Assembly (NCBI GenBank): GCA_049519955.1
Contig: JBEKQG010000001.1
Span: forward strand, 2,590 to 66,589
Direction: 5' to 3'
Source: Terriglobales bacterium
GTDB lineage: Bacteria; Acidobacteriota; Terriglobia; Terriglobales; Acidobacteriaceae
Length of the DNA stretch: 64,000 bases
Each line of letters starts with the position of its first letter. Positions within the stretch are counted from its first letter, which is position 1. Made by a program: the position numbers and the translations under genes. Under the pieces are notes generated by a model. That model was given only the letters and a program-made list of their open reading frames with translations. It searched no databases and had not been told where the DNA came from. Below are positions 28,182-35,792 of this stretch, piece by piece.

Positions 28182-29180
28182 ATGGCGAACCGTAAACATC
28201 TCGCAAAACTCCTGAAAAGTGTGGGGGCTTGGAATGACTGGAGAAAGGCGAACCCCGAAATAGTTCCGGATCTCAGCGGGGCAGACCTCAGCAATGCGGA
28301 TTTCATAGGGGCGGATCTCAGCGGAGCACACCTCGTCGAGGCGAATCTCAGCATAGCGGATCTCAGCGAGACGAACCTCCGCGGGGCGGACCTCAAGGAG
28401 GCGAACCTTGGCGGGGCGCACCTCATCGGGGCGGACCTCACCAAGGCGAACCTCGGCATGGCGGACCTCTACAATGTGGAGCTCAGCGGGGCAGATTTGA
28501 CGGAGGCGTTCATTGGCTATACGATTTTCGGACGCAACGACCTAAGCGATGTGAAGGGCCTCGATACCGTGCGGCATGACGGCCCGTCGACGATCGGCAT
28601 CGACACCATCTATCTCTCCCATGGAAACATTCCGCTGGCATTCCTTCGCGGGGCCGGCGTTCCCGACAATTTTATTGAGTACATGGGGTCCCTCACCGGG
28701 AAGGCCCTTGAGTTCTATTCCTGCTTCATCAGTTTTTCCAGCAAAGATCAGGAATTCGCCGACCGCCTGCACGCGGATTTGCAGAACAAAGGCGTCCGCT
28801 GCTGGTTCGCGCCGCACGATATACAGGCCGGGAAGAAGATCCATGAGCAGATCGACGAAGCGATACGAAGGTATGAGCGGCTGCTCCTGATCCTGTCGCC
28901 GAACAGCATGAACAGCGAATGGGTGAAGACGGAAATCAGGAAAGCTCGCAAGCGGGAACGCACGGAGAAGAAGCGCGTGCTGTTTCCCGTTCGCCTGGTT
29001 TCCTTTGAGGCGATTAGGGACTGGGAGCTTTTCGACGCCGACGAAGGGAAGGCTTTGGCGGTCGAGATTCGCGAATACTACATCCCCGATTTCAGCAATT
29101 GGAAGAACCACGACTCCTATGCGAAGGAGTTTGAGCACCTGCTCCGCGATCTGAAAACAGAAGGCCCAAAGGCGGCGTAG
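28182..29180 (+). CDS. pentapeptide-repeat / TIR domain protein
   Basis: 332-aa ORF with about 16 A(D/N)LxX pentapeptides (GADLSNADFIGADLSGAHLVEANLSIADLSETNLRGADLKEANL...). The C-terminal TIR-like domain reads YSCFISFSSKDQEFADRLHADLQNKGVRCWF...ERLLLILSPNSMNSEWVKTEIRKA, including a conserved-looking Glu. Confidence 0.85.
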   Translation: MANRKHLAKLLKSVGAWNDWRKANPEIVPDLSGADLSNADFIGADLSGAHLVEANLSIADLSETNLRGADLKEANLGGAHLIGADLTKANLGMADLYNVELSGADLTEAFIGYTIFGRNDLSDVKGLDTVRHDGPSTIGIDTIYLSHGNIPLAFLRGAGVPDNFIEYMGSLTGKALEFYSCFISFSSKDQEFADRLHADLQNKGVRCWFAPHDIQAGKKIHEQIDEAIRRYERLLLILSPNSMNSEWVKTEIRKARKRERTEKKRVLFPVRLVSFEAIRDWELFDADEGKALAVEIREYYIPDFSNWKNHDSYAKEFEHLLRDLKTEGPKAA

Positions 29181-29245
29181 CCGCTGCCGTATGCCGTGAG
29201 CGCTGAGCTTGCGCGGGGAGCATCCCTCTGCACGGATTGATTTTG

Positions 29246-29289
29246 ACTGAGAACTGAGAACTGAGAACTCAAAACCGAGAACTCCTCAG
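29246..29289. repeat. (ctgagaa)n array, direct-repeat partner of 26612-26650
   Basis: actgagaactgagaactgagaact (24 nt) is identical to the copy at 26611-26634. No complementary left arm is nearby. Confidence 0.85.
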
Positions 29290-30011
29290 TAGATTCTCTC
29301 TTCCCGGTAAAGCCGCGCCGTGTTTTTCACGCTGACAACCACGAGCATCAGCAGCATTCCGGCCAATCCGATCGCGCCGCCAATATCGAACAGCCGATAG
29401 CGCCCGTGAATAACCCACGCCCACCGGAACAGCGCCAGGTTGCCAGCGACCAGCAGCACGCGCAACTCGGTCGGGCCGAAGTGCCACATCGAAAGATGAA
29501 ACTCGCCCAGCGTATACGTCGCCAGATACGACTGGATGGAAAGCAGCAGAAACGCAATCAGCAGCCCCATCGCAATCGCCGGATGCATGTACCCGGAAAG
29601 CCCGAGCCCTCCCATCATCGCCACCGCGCCGATGGAATCGATAATGTGGTCCACGTAGAAGCCGTAGCGCGGTCTCTGCCGGCGTCGCACGCGCGCCAAC
29701 GTTCCGTCAAGGCTGTCGCCAAACCAGTTCACCGCGAGGCAGACAATGGCCGCAAGCAGCATGTAGCGGTTGCGACCGGCGAGAGCGTAGCAAACTCCAG
29801 TAGCGATCTGGGCGCCGAAGCCGAGCAAGGTCAGGTGGTCGGAATTCACCCACCCCGGCATGTGCTCGGCCATCCAGACCAGCGCCCGCTTCTCGGCGGC
29901 TGCCAGGAAACTTCCGTGAACCCGCGTCGCCTGCCGGAAGTCGGCGCGCCGCGCCTCGGCTAAAGTCTCGGGATTGATCTGTTCCGCAAAATCGGCAAAC
30001 GAGGTGGCCAT
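29286..30011 (-). CDS. CDP-alcohol phosphatidyltransferase family protein
   Basis: The signature D-G-x2-A-R-x8-G-x3-D-x3-D is seen as GDSLDGTLARVRRRQRPRYGFYVDHIIDSIG, with multiple TM helices. The start was chosen at MATSFADF (complement of 30009-30011) with GGAGG upstream. Confidence 0.8.
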   Translation of the reverse strand: MATSFADFAEQINPETLAEARRADFRQATRVHGSFLAAAEKRALVWMAEHMPGWVNSDHLTLLGFGAQIATGVCYALAGRNRYMLLAAIVCLAVNWFGDSLDGTLARVRRRQRPRYGFYVDHIIDSIGAVAMMGGLGLSGYMHPAIAMGLLIAFLLLSIQSYLATYTLGEFHLSMWHFGPTELRVLLVAGNLALFRWAWVIHGRYRLFDIGGAIGLAGMLLMLVVVSVKNTARLYREERIY

Positions 30012-30145
30012 GGTGCCTCCGTATCTGCGGCCACTATGCGGCGCAAGCGGCGGCATGACAATGCACCGCGGGTAAAACGCAGATCAACTGATATCTCTTT
30101 TGACAAGAATACGATGCGGGAAGTTATCAAGGGCACAGCAATTGA

Positions 30146-30226
30146 TTTCCCCTGTGTGACTCTGTGTCCCCTGTGGTTCAGGCTTTTGATTCTTAACCAC
30201 GGGGAACACAGAGTTACATAGGGAAA
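30146..30226. repeat. REP-like palindromic element, family 1
   Basis: tttcccctgtgtgactctgtgtcccctgtggttcaggc pairs with ttaaccacggggaacacagagttacatagggaaa. It lies in a divergent intergenic region. Confidence 0.8.
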
Positions 30227-30299
30227 GCCACTTGCCATTTCCGATTCCAGCCTAACGATAACTCTCCCACCACCCGCCAGATGCGTTAATCTGCGAAGG

Positions 30300-31862
30300 A
30301 TGCGTCTTCTCCGCTTCTTCCGTCCATCGCACCAGCACACCGCCTTCTCGGCGACCATGCTGCTGATGACGACCATCACGCTCTCGCGCATCATCGGATA
30401 TATCCGCGAGGCCTACATCGCCTACGCCTTCGGCGCCGGCAAACTGACCGACGCTTACGTCGCCGCCTTCACCCTGCCCGATCTGCTCAATTACATCCTT
30501 GCCGGAGGCACCGCCTCCATCACCTTCATCTCCATCTACACCCGTTTTCTGGCGGACAAGCGCGAGCAGGATGCGCAAAAAACATTCTCCATCATCATTA
30601 CCGTGATGACCACGGCGCTCGTCGCGGGCACCATCGTTGCCGAAATCTTTACGCGGCAATTCGTCGGCCTGGTGTTTCATGGCTTCGCACCACAGGAGAT
30701 GCAGCTCTGCGTTCATCTGACGCGCATCCTTCTGCCCGCCCAGATCTTCTTTTATGTCGGCGCAGTGCTTTCGGCAGTGCTGCTCTCGCACCGTCTGTTC
30801 CTGCTGCCCGCCTTTGGCCCGCTGATCTACAACGTGTTCATCATCGTCGGCGGTGTCGTCGCCGGACGCCATCTCGGCATCGCGTCCCTTGCCTATGGCG
30901 CGCTCGCCGGCATGATCGCCGGGCCATTTCTGATCACTGCCATCGGCGCCGCCAAAATCGGCATCGGATACCGCCCCTCGTTCAACACGAAGAATCCCGC
31001 ATTCCGCGAATGGGTGCGCCTCTCCATCCCGCTGATGCTCGGCGTTTCTCTGGTCACCGCCGACGATTGGATCCTCCGCTACTTTGCTTCGAGCGGAATC
31101 GGCGACATCGCGCGCCTCAACTACGCCAAGCGCCTCTTCGCCGTTCCCATCGCCATTCTCGGACAAGCCGCCGGTCAGGCTTCTCTTCCTTTCTTTTCGC
31201 GCCTCTTTGGAGAAAAGAAATTCGACGAGTTCGCCGCCACCGTCAACGCTTCCGTCTATCGCATCACGGCTGCGTCTTTGCTGATGACCGGATGGATGAT
31301 GGCCATCGCCCTCCCGCTCATCGATCTTGTCTATCGCCGCGGACGCTTCACCTTGGCCGACACCGAATCCACCGCGCTCTACTTCTTCGTGTTTTCACTC
31401 TCGCTGGCTTTGTGGTCCTGTCAGGCGCTGTACGCGCGCGCGTTTTACGCCTCCGGCAACACGCTGACTCCCATGATCGCCACCACCCTCATCACTCTCG
31501 CTTCCTTACCCATGTACGCCGTGTTGTTCCGTACGCTGTCGGTCACCGGATTGGCTATCGCCTCCGACGTTGGCATCGCTGCCAACGCCGTGGTCATCGC
31601 CGCGCTCCTGCACTTTCGCGGCATGGTGCCGTTTGGCGGCTTGAACTGGAAGGAACTGGGCAAGGCTGCGCTGGTGGGCGCCGTTTCCGGCGGATTGAGT
31701 TACGAAGTCATGCGCAGCATCGCGCTCGATGGCAGCCGCCGCGCCGATCTCCTGGCCCTCGCACTCGGCTCCTTGACTTGGGCCGCTGCCGTCGCTGTGG
31801 GGCTCTGGCTGCTCGGTTCGGAATTGCCCGCGGACCTTCGCGGGAAAAGATCCACGGCATGA
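30300..31862 (+). CDS. murJ: lipid II flippase MurJ
   Basis: 520-aa polytopic membrane ORF. The N-terminus LSRIIGYIREAYIAYAFGAGKLTDAYVAAFTLPDLL is typical of MurJ/MviN. Confidence 0.88.
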   Translation: MRLLRFFRPSHQHTAFSATMLLMTTITLSRIIGYIREAYIAYAFGAGKLTDAYVAAFTLPDLLNYILAGGTASITFISIYTRFLADKREQDAQKTFSIIITVMTTALVAGTIVAEIFTRQFVGLVFHGFAPQEMQLCVHLTRILLPAQIFFYVGAVLSAVLLSHRLFLLPAFGPLIYNVFIIVGGVVAGRHLGIASLAYGALAGMIAGPFLITAIGAAKIGIGYRPSFNTKNPAFREWVRLSIPLMLGVSLVTADDWILRYFASSGIGDIARLNYAKRLFAVPIAILGQAAGQASLPFFSRLFGEKKFDEFAATVNASVYRITAASLLMTGWMMAIALPLIDLVYRRGRFTLADTESTALYFFVFSLSLALWSCQALYARAFYASGNTLTPMIATTLITLASLPMYAVLFRTLSVTGLAIASDVGIAANAVVIAALLHFRGMVPFGGLNWKELGKAALVGAVSGGLSYEVMRSIALDGSRRADLLALALGSLTWAAAVAVGLWLLGSELPADLRGKRSTA

Positions 31863-31863
31863 G

Positions 31864-32018
31864 CGCGCTGTTAGGCTATTCGTCGTTAGCTGTTCGCCAC
31901 TCCTGAAAAAACAAACGGGCCTCAAAATAGAGGCCCGTCTGCCAAACATATTGCCGCCTTGCATCCACGTGCGAACGGCGAATAGCGAACAGCGTTTTAC
32001 GCGAACGACGAATAGCGC
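31864..32018. repeat. hairpin with tandem-word arms (cgaatagcgaac type) enclosing a canonical terminator
   Basis: The left arm gcgctgttaggctattcgtcgttagctgttcgcc pairs with the right arm gcgaacggcgaatagcgaacagcg...gcgaacgacgaatagcgc. Confidence 0.65.
31904..31938 (-). terminator. Rho-independent terminator for the bactofilin gene
   Basis: Stem acgggcctc, loop aaaata, stem gaggcccgt. On the minus strand this is followed by ttgtttttt. Confidence 0.55.
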
Positions 32019-32020
32019 TC

Positions 32021-32560
32021 TTACGCTCTTGCCGCAATCGCCGGCTCCGCCGACGCGGTCGAAGCGTTCTTCGTCACTTCTTCGATCTTCGAGTCTTTTC
32101 CGCCCTTGCGGATGTCAATGCCGCCCTTGAAGAAGGCGCCGTCTTCAATCGAGATGCGCGCCGCCACGACATCGCCGGTCAGCGAGCCGTCGCTGCGGAT
32201 ATCCACCCGATCGCTGGCGGTCAGGTTGCCCCGCACCTTGCCCAGCACGACGATTTCCCGCGCGCTGATGTTGGCCGCGACCACTCCATTACGGCCGATG
32301 GTTACGCGATTGCCGGAGAGGTTGATCGATCCTTCCACCCGGCCGTCAATATACAGAGACTCGGAACCGGTTACTTCACCTTTGATCACCAACGACTTCC
32401 CAATCGTGGCTTGGTCCGAAGTCGTAGTGACAACGGGCCGGGGCATGGCAGCAGTCTCGCTCACAAGCGGTCCTGTTGCCGCAGTCGCTGTGGTCGTGCT
32501 CGGACGCTCCGGCTCAGTTGGCCGGCCAGGTGTCGCAGGTTGATTCGTGGGCTTCCACAT
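32021..32560 (-). CDS. bactofilin (polymer-forming cytoskeletal protein, DUF583)
   Basis: 179-aa ORF. The beta-helical repeat core reads IGKSLVIKGEVTGSESLYIDGRVEGSINLSGNRVTIGRNGVVAANISAREIVVLGKVRGNLTASDRVDIRSDGSLTGDV. It has a Pro/Thr-rich N-terminus. Confidence 0.85.
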   Translation of the reverse strand: MWKPTNQPATPGRPTEPERPSTTTATAATGPLVSETAAMPRPVVTTTSDQATIGKSLVIKGEVTGSESLYIDGRVEGSINLSGNRVTIGRNGVVAANISAREIVVLGKVRGNLTASDRVDIRSDGSLTGDVVAARISIEDGAFFKGGIDIRKGGKDSKIEEVTKNASTASAEPAIAARA

Positions 32561-32796
32561 CTTATAAATCCTTTCCTTATTGACGGTTTCTCAATCCCCG
32601 CCGCATTTCGGGGGCCAAATCGAATTGTACTCTCGAGTAAACTCTACGCCCTGTGGAAATTCGGCTTTTCTCTTTGATTTTCATAGTTCCCCGCGTGGTT
32701 CCCCCGCAGCAGCGCGCCATCGGCTGTGCCCACGACCGTGTAAGTCCTGCCCGGCGTGCGGCAATTCCGCGATAGTATGGAGTGGTTGAAACCTGG

Positions 32797-32900
32797 ATTT
32801 TGTAATTTGGTAATTGGGTAATTTTGCAATTTGAACCTGGCCCTCGAAAAGACTCCCAGATTACCAATTACCAAATTACCCAATTGCAAAATTACAAAAT
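32797..32900. repeat. AT-rich ~35-bp-stem hairpin (ggtaatt/aattacc words) ending on the rnr start codon
   Basis: The left arm attttgtaatttggtaattgggtaattttgcaattt (32797-32832) is nearly complementary to the right arm agattaccaattaccaaattacccaattgcaaaattacaaaat (32858-32900). Confidence 0.85.
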
Positions 32901-35346
32901 GACTCCGCTCATCGGACGCCTTACCATGCATCGCGACGGCTTCGGCTTCGTAATTCCCGAAGCGGCGTCGCTCGATCCGCATCTTAAAGCGCGCCTCGCG
33001 GGCGATGTTTTCATTCCTCCGCACGCCATCGGCTCCTCCATGCACGGGGACCGCGTCCTCGTCGAAGTTTCCGCCGTTCGCAACGATGGCCGCGCGGAAG
33101 GCCGCATCGTCCGCTCCCTCGCGCGCGCCCATCCCACCGTCGTCGGAATCTTCCACTACGGACACCGCCACAACTACGTCAAGCCCTTCGACGAAAAAGT
33201 GACGCAGGAAATCGTAATCCCGCCAGGGATGGAGCGCCCGCAATCCTCTGTGAAGCAGTCCCCCGTGTCCTCTGTGCCCCCTGTGGTAAAGATCTCTCCG
33301 GCAGGATCAGCGAGACCGCAAAAGAAGAAATCCCAAGACCGCGTCATCGGAGACGAAGCCGCAGTCCACACCGGCGGGCAAGACCTCGAAGGCGTGATAG
33401 TAGACGTCGAAATCACCGACTGGCCCAGCGCCACGCAAAACCCGCGCGGCCGCGTCATCGAAATTCTCGGCGAAGAAGACGATTTCGGAGTCGACGTCGA
33501 AATCATGATCCGCAAGTTCCACCTGCCCCACCGCTTCCCGCCCGAGGTCATCGAAGAAGCGCAAGCCATCGTGCCCGGCAACGGCGCCGAAATTCCCACC
33601 GCCGCCTTGCGCCATCGCCGCGACTATCGCGCGCTATCCATCGTCACCATCGACGGAGAAACCGCGCGCGATTTCGACGACGCCGTCCACGTCCGCCAAC
33701 TCGAAAACGGCAACTACGAACTGCAAGTCCACATCGCCGACGTGGCGCATTACGTAACGCCCAACTCGCCGCTCGATCGGGAGGCCCGTCTGCGCGGCAC
33801 CAGCGTTTATTTTCCCGACCGTGCCGTCCCCATGCTGCCGCTCGAACTCTCCACCGACATTTGCAGCCTGCGCCCCGCACTCGACCGCCTCGTGCTCTCC
33901 TGCACCATGGATATCGACCACCACGGCGAAATCGTCGGCTATGAAATCAACGAAGGCGTCATCCGCTCCGCTGCGAGAATGACCTACACCGCCGTGAATG
34001 CCGTCCTGGTAGCCGAGGACGAAGCGGACGCCGCCGCGCACCGCGAATACGCGGCTCAATACGCAAACCACGCCGAGCACTTCGAGCGCATGCGCGATCT
34101 TGCCATGATCCTGAACCGCAAACGCAAACGCCGCGGCTCGATCGACTTCGATCTCCCCGAAGCCATCATCGAGTTCGACGAATTCGGCGTGATGAAGAGC
34201 ATCGCCCGCTCCGAGCGCAACATCGCGCACCGTCTCATTGAGGAATTCATGCTCTCGGCCAACGAGTGCGTCGCGCACTATCTCGAAAATAAGCGCATCG
34301 CATCGCTCTACCGCATCCACGAAAAGCCCGATGCCAAGCGCGTTTACGACTTTGAAGTCATCGCCGCCACTTTCGGATACTCCCTCGGCGTCGGCTCCCT
34401 GCCCATTCAGCGCGTGCAACTCAAGGCCGACCGCCGCGACGCCCGCGGCACCGGCAAGCGCGTCCGCGAAATCGAAGTGCCCAAGGAAGTCCACATCACC
34501 CCGCGCATGTATCAAAAACTCACCGATAAAATCGCGGGCAAGCCGGAGGAGAGAATCCTCAGTTTCCTGATGCTGCGCTCGCTGAAGCAGGCCCGCTACT
34601 CCGAAGAAAATCGCGGACACTTCGCCCTGGCTGCGACCACCTATACCCATTTCACCTCGCCCATCCGCCGCTATCCCGACCTGATCGTCCACCGCATTCT
34701 GAAAGAAGTGCTGCGCGACTCGGCCGAAAAGATGGATGGAGAAGTGCCAGTGGGAACTTCGACCGAGCTTGCAAAAGGAAACGAACGGGAAGGGCACGAC
34801 TTCAGTCGTGCCAATGAACGATTAGAGAAGAAAGGGGCTTTAGCCCCTGACGGCCCGCCGTCCCCCTGGTCCAAGCGCCGCGATCGCGAAGCGCATCAAC
34901 AAGCGCTCGCGCCCGTCGGCGGCCCCATCCCGCTCGAAGAACTCCACAACATCGCCGAGGAATCGAGCCTTTCCGAACGCCGCGCAGACGAAGCCGAACG
35001 CGGCCTCATGGAATGGAAGAAAGTGAAATTCATGGAGCGCCGCATCGGCGAGGACTTCGACGGCCTAATCGTCAGCGTGACCAAATTCGGCTTCTTCGTG
35101 GAACTCACTGATCTTTTTGTCGAAGGCTTGGTCCCCCTCAGCACGCTGACCGACGGCGATAAGAATGATCGCTACACATATCACGAAACCACGCGCCAGA
35201 TAATCGGCCAGCGCTCGCGCAAGACCTACAGCATGGGCGACCGCGTGCGCGTGCTGGTTGACCGCATTGATCCAGTGGAGAAGAAGATTCAGTTTGCGGT
35301 GGTCGAAGAGCAGCCCAAGCCGTCAGGAAAACGCCGGCGTAAATGA
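32899..35346 (+). CDS. rnr: ribonuclease R
   Basis: The sequence LIGRLTMHRDGFGFVIP is a cold-shock-domain start. The RNB domain shows TIDGETARDFDDAVHV, VYFPDRAVPMLP and YTHFTSPIRRYPDLIVHR. The C-terminal S1 domain shows DFDGLIVSVTKFGFFVEL, followed by a basic tail. The start was chosen at ATG 32899; the ORF track start is 32824. Confidence 0.9.
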   Translation: MTPLIGRLTMHRDGFGFVIPEAASLDPHLKARLAGDVFIPPHAIGSSMHGDRVLVEVSAVRNDGRAEGRIVRSLARAHPTVVGIFHYGHRHNYVKPFDEKVTQEIVIPPGMERPQSSVKQSPVSSVPPVVKISPAGSARPQKKKSQDRVIGDEAAVHTGGQDLEGVIVDVEITDWPSATQNPRGRVIEILGEEDDFGVDVEIMIRKFHLPHRFPPEVIEEAQAIVPGNGAEIPTAALRHRRDYRALSIVTIDGETARDFDDAVHVRQLENGNYELQVHIADVAHYVTPNSPLDREARLRGTSVYFPDRAVPMLPLELSTDICSLRPALDRLVLSCTMDIDHHGEIVGYEINEGVIRSAARMTYTAVNAVLVAEDEADAAAHREYAAQYANHAEHFERMRDLAMILNRKRKRRGSIDFDLPEAIIEFDEFGVMKSIARSERNIAHRLIEEFMLSANECVAHYLENKRIASLYRIHEKPDAKRVYDFEVIAATFGYSLGVGSLPIQRVQLKADRRDARGTGKRVREIEVPKEVHITPRMYQKLTDKIAGKPEERILSFLMLRSLKQARYSEENRGHFALAATTYTHFTSPIRRYPDLIVHRILKEVLRDSAEKMDGEVPVGTSTELAKGNEREGHDFSRANERLEKKGALAPDGPPSPWSKRRDREAHQQALAPVGGPIPLEELHNIAEESSLSERRADEAERGLMEWKKVKFMERRIGEDFDGLIVSVTKFGFFVELTDLFVEGLVPLSTLTDGDKNDRYTYHETTRQIIGQRSRKTYSMGDRVRVLVDRIDPVEKKIQFAVVEEQPKPSGKRRRK

Positions 35347-35484
35347 TCGTGTGGGGACGGGTGTCCTCGCCCGTCCCAGCCGAGCGCAACGCGGCACCTA
35401 CCTGTGGACACAGCAACTCTGGATTCGCTATAAGAAATGCGCTAGTCGTGTATAGAATTAGGTTGTACCGGAGAACGAACAACC

Positions 35485-35673
35485 ATGCGAACACCGACCA
35501 AACCGAAGCCCGAGCAGGATCGAGTCAAGGCGGCAGAGCACGTTGCCAGCGCGCACAAAATTCTGAAGGAGCTACAGCAGAAAGTAGGAGATCATCCCGA
35601 ACTCGGCGAGGCCATCACGAAGCTGGAGATGGCGCTCAACATGCTCGCGATAAAGACCGGTGGTCTGCTGTAG
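35485..35673 (+). CDS. small hypothetical protein (62 aa, helical)
   Basis: ORF only, with a weak GGAG upstream. I recognise no family. Confidence 0.3.
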   Translation: MRTPTKPKPEQDRVKAAEHVASAHKILKELQQKVGDHPELGEAITKLEMALNMLAIKTGGLL

Positions 35674-35792
35674 CAGGGGTTTACGACCGCGACGCCGTCA
35701 ACCAGGTTCCCGATTATGGGAATTGTCATCACGCAAAGAACTGTCATCCTTCGCTTCGCTCGGGGTGACCATGATGAAGGAACGCCATTCGC

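Noticed and set aside
27758-28206. Small minus-strand ORFs (69 aa, 98 aa) in the radical SAM / TIR divergent region as possible precursor peptides for the radical SAM enzyme
   Set aside because: They have no RBS, no leader/core-like organisation and no Cys/Ser/Thr-rich core, and they overlap the homopolymer and repeat element. This is not supportable from sequence alone.
28101-28459. Two minus-strand ORFs with repetitive translations (…EVRPAEVRLAEIRYAEIRLDE…, …RSAPMRCAPPRFASLRSAP…)
   Set aside because: Their periodicity is the mirror image of the pentapeptide repeats encoded on the plus strand, and the plus-strand frame continues into a TIR domain.
28182-29180. Calling the TIR gene a Thoeris ThsB component
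   Set aside because: No ThsA-like (SIR2/SLOG or Macro) gene is adjacent. The neighbours are a radical SAM enzyme and a CDP-alcohol phosphatidyltransferase.
30252-31166. 304-aa minus-strand ORF opposite murJ, and similar long antisense ORFs at 33634-34797 (rnr) and 36742-37848 (mltD-like)
   Set aside because: All are antisense to well-supported genes and have low-complexity, motif-free translations.
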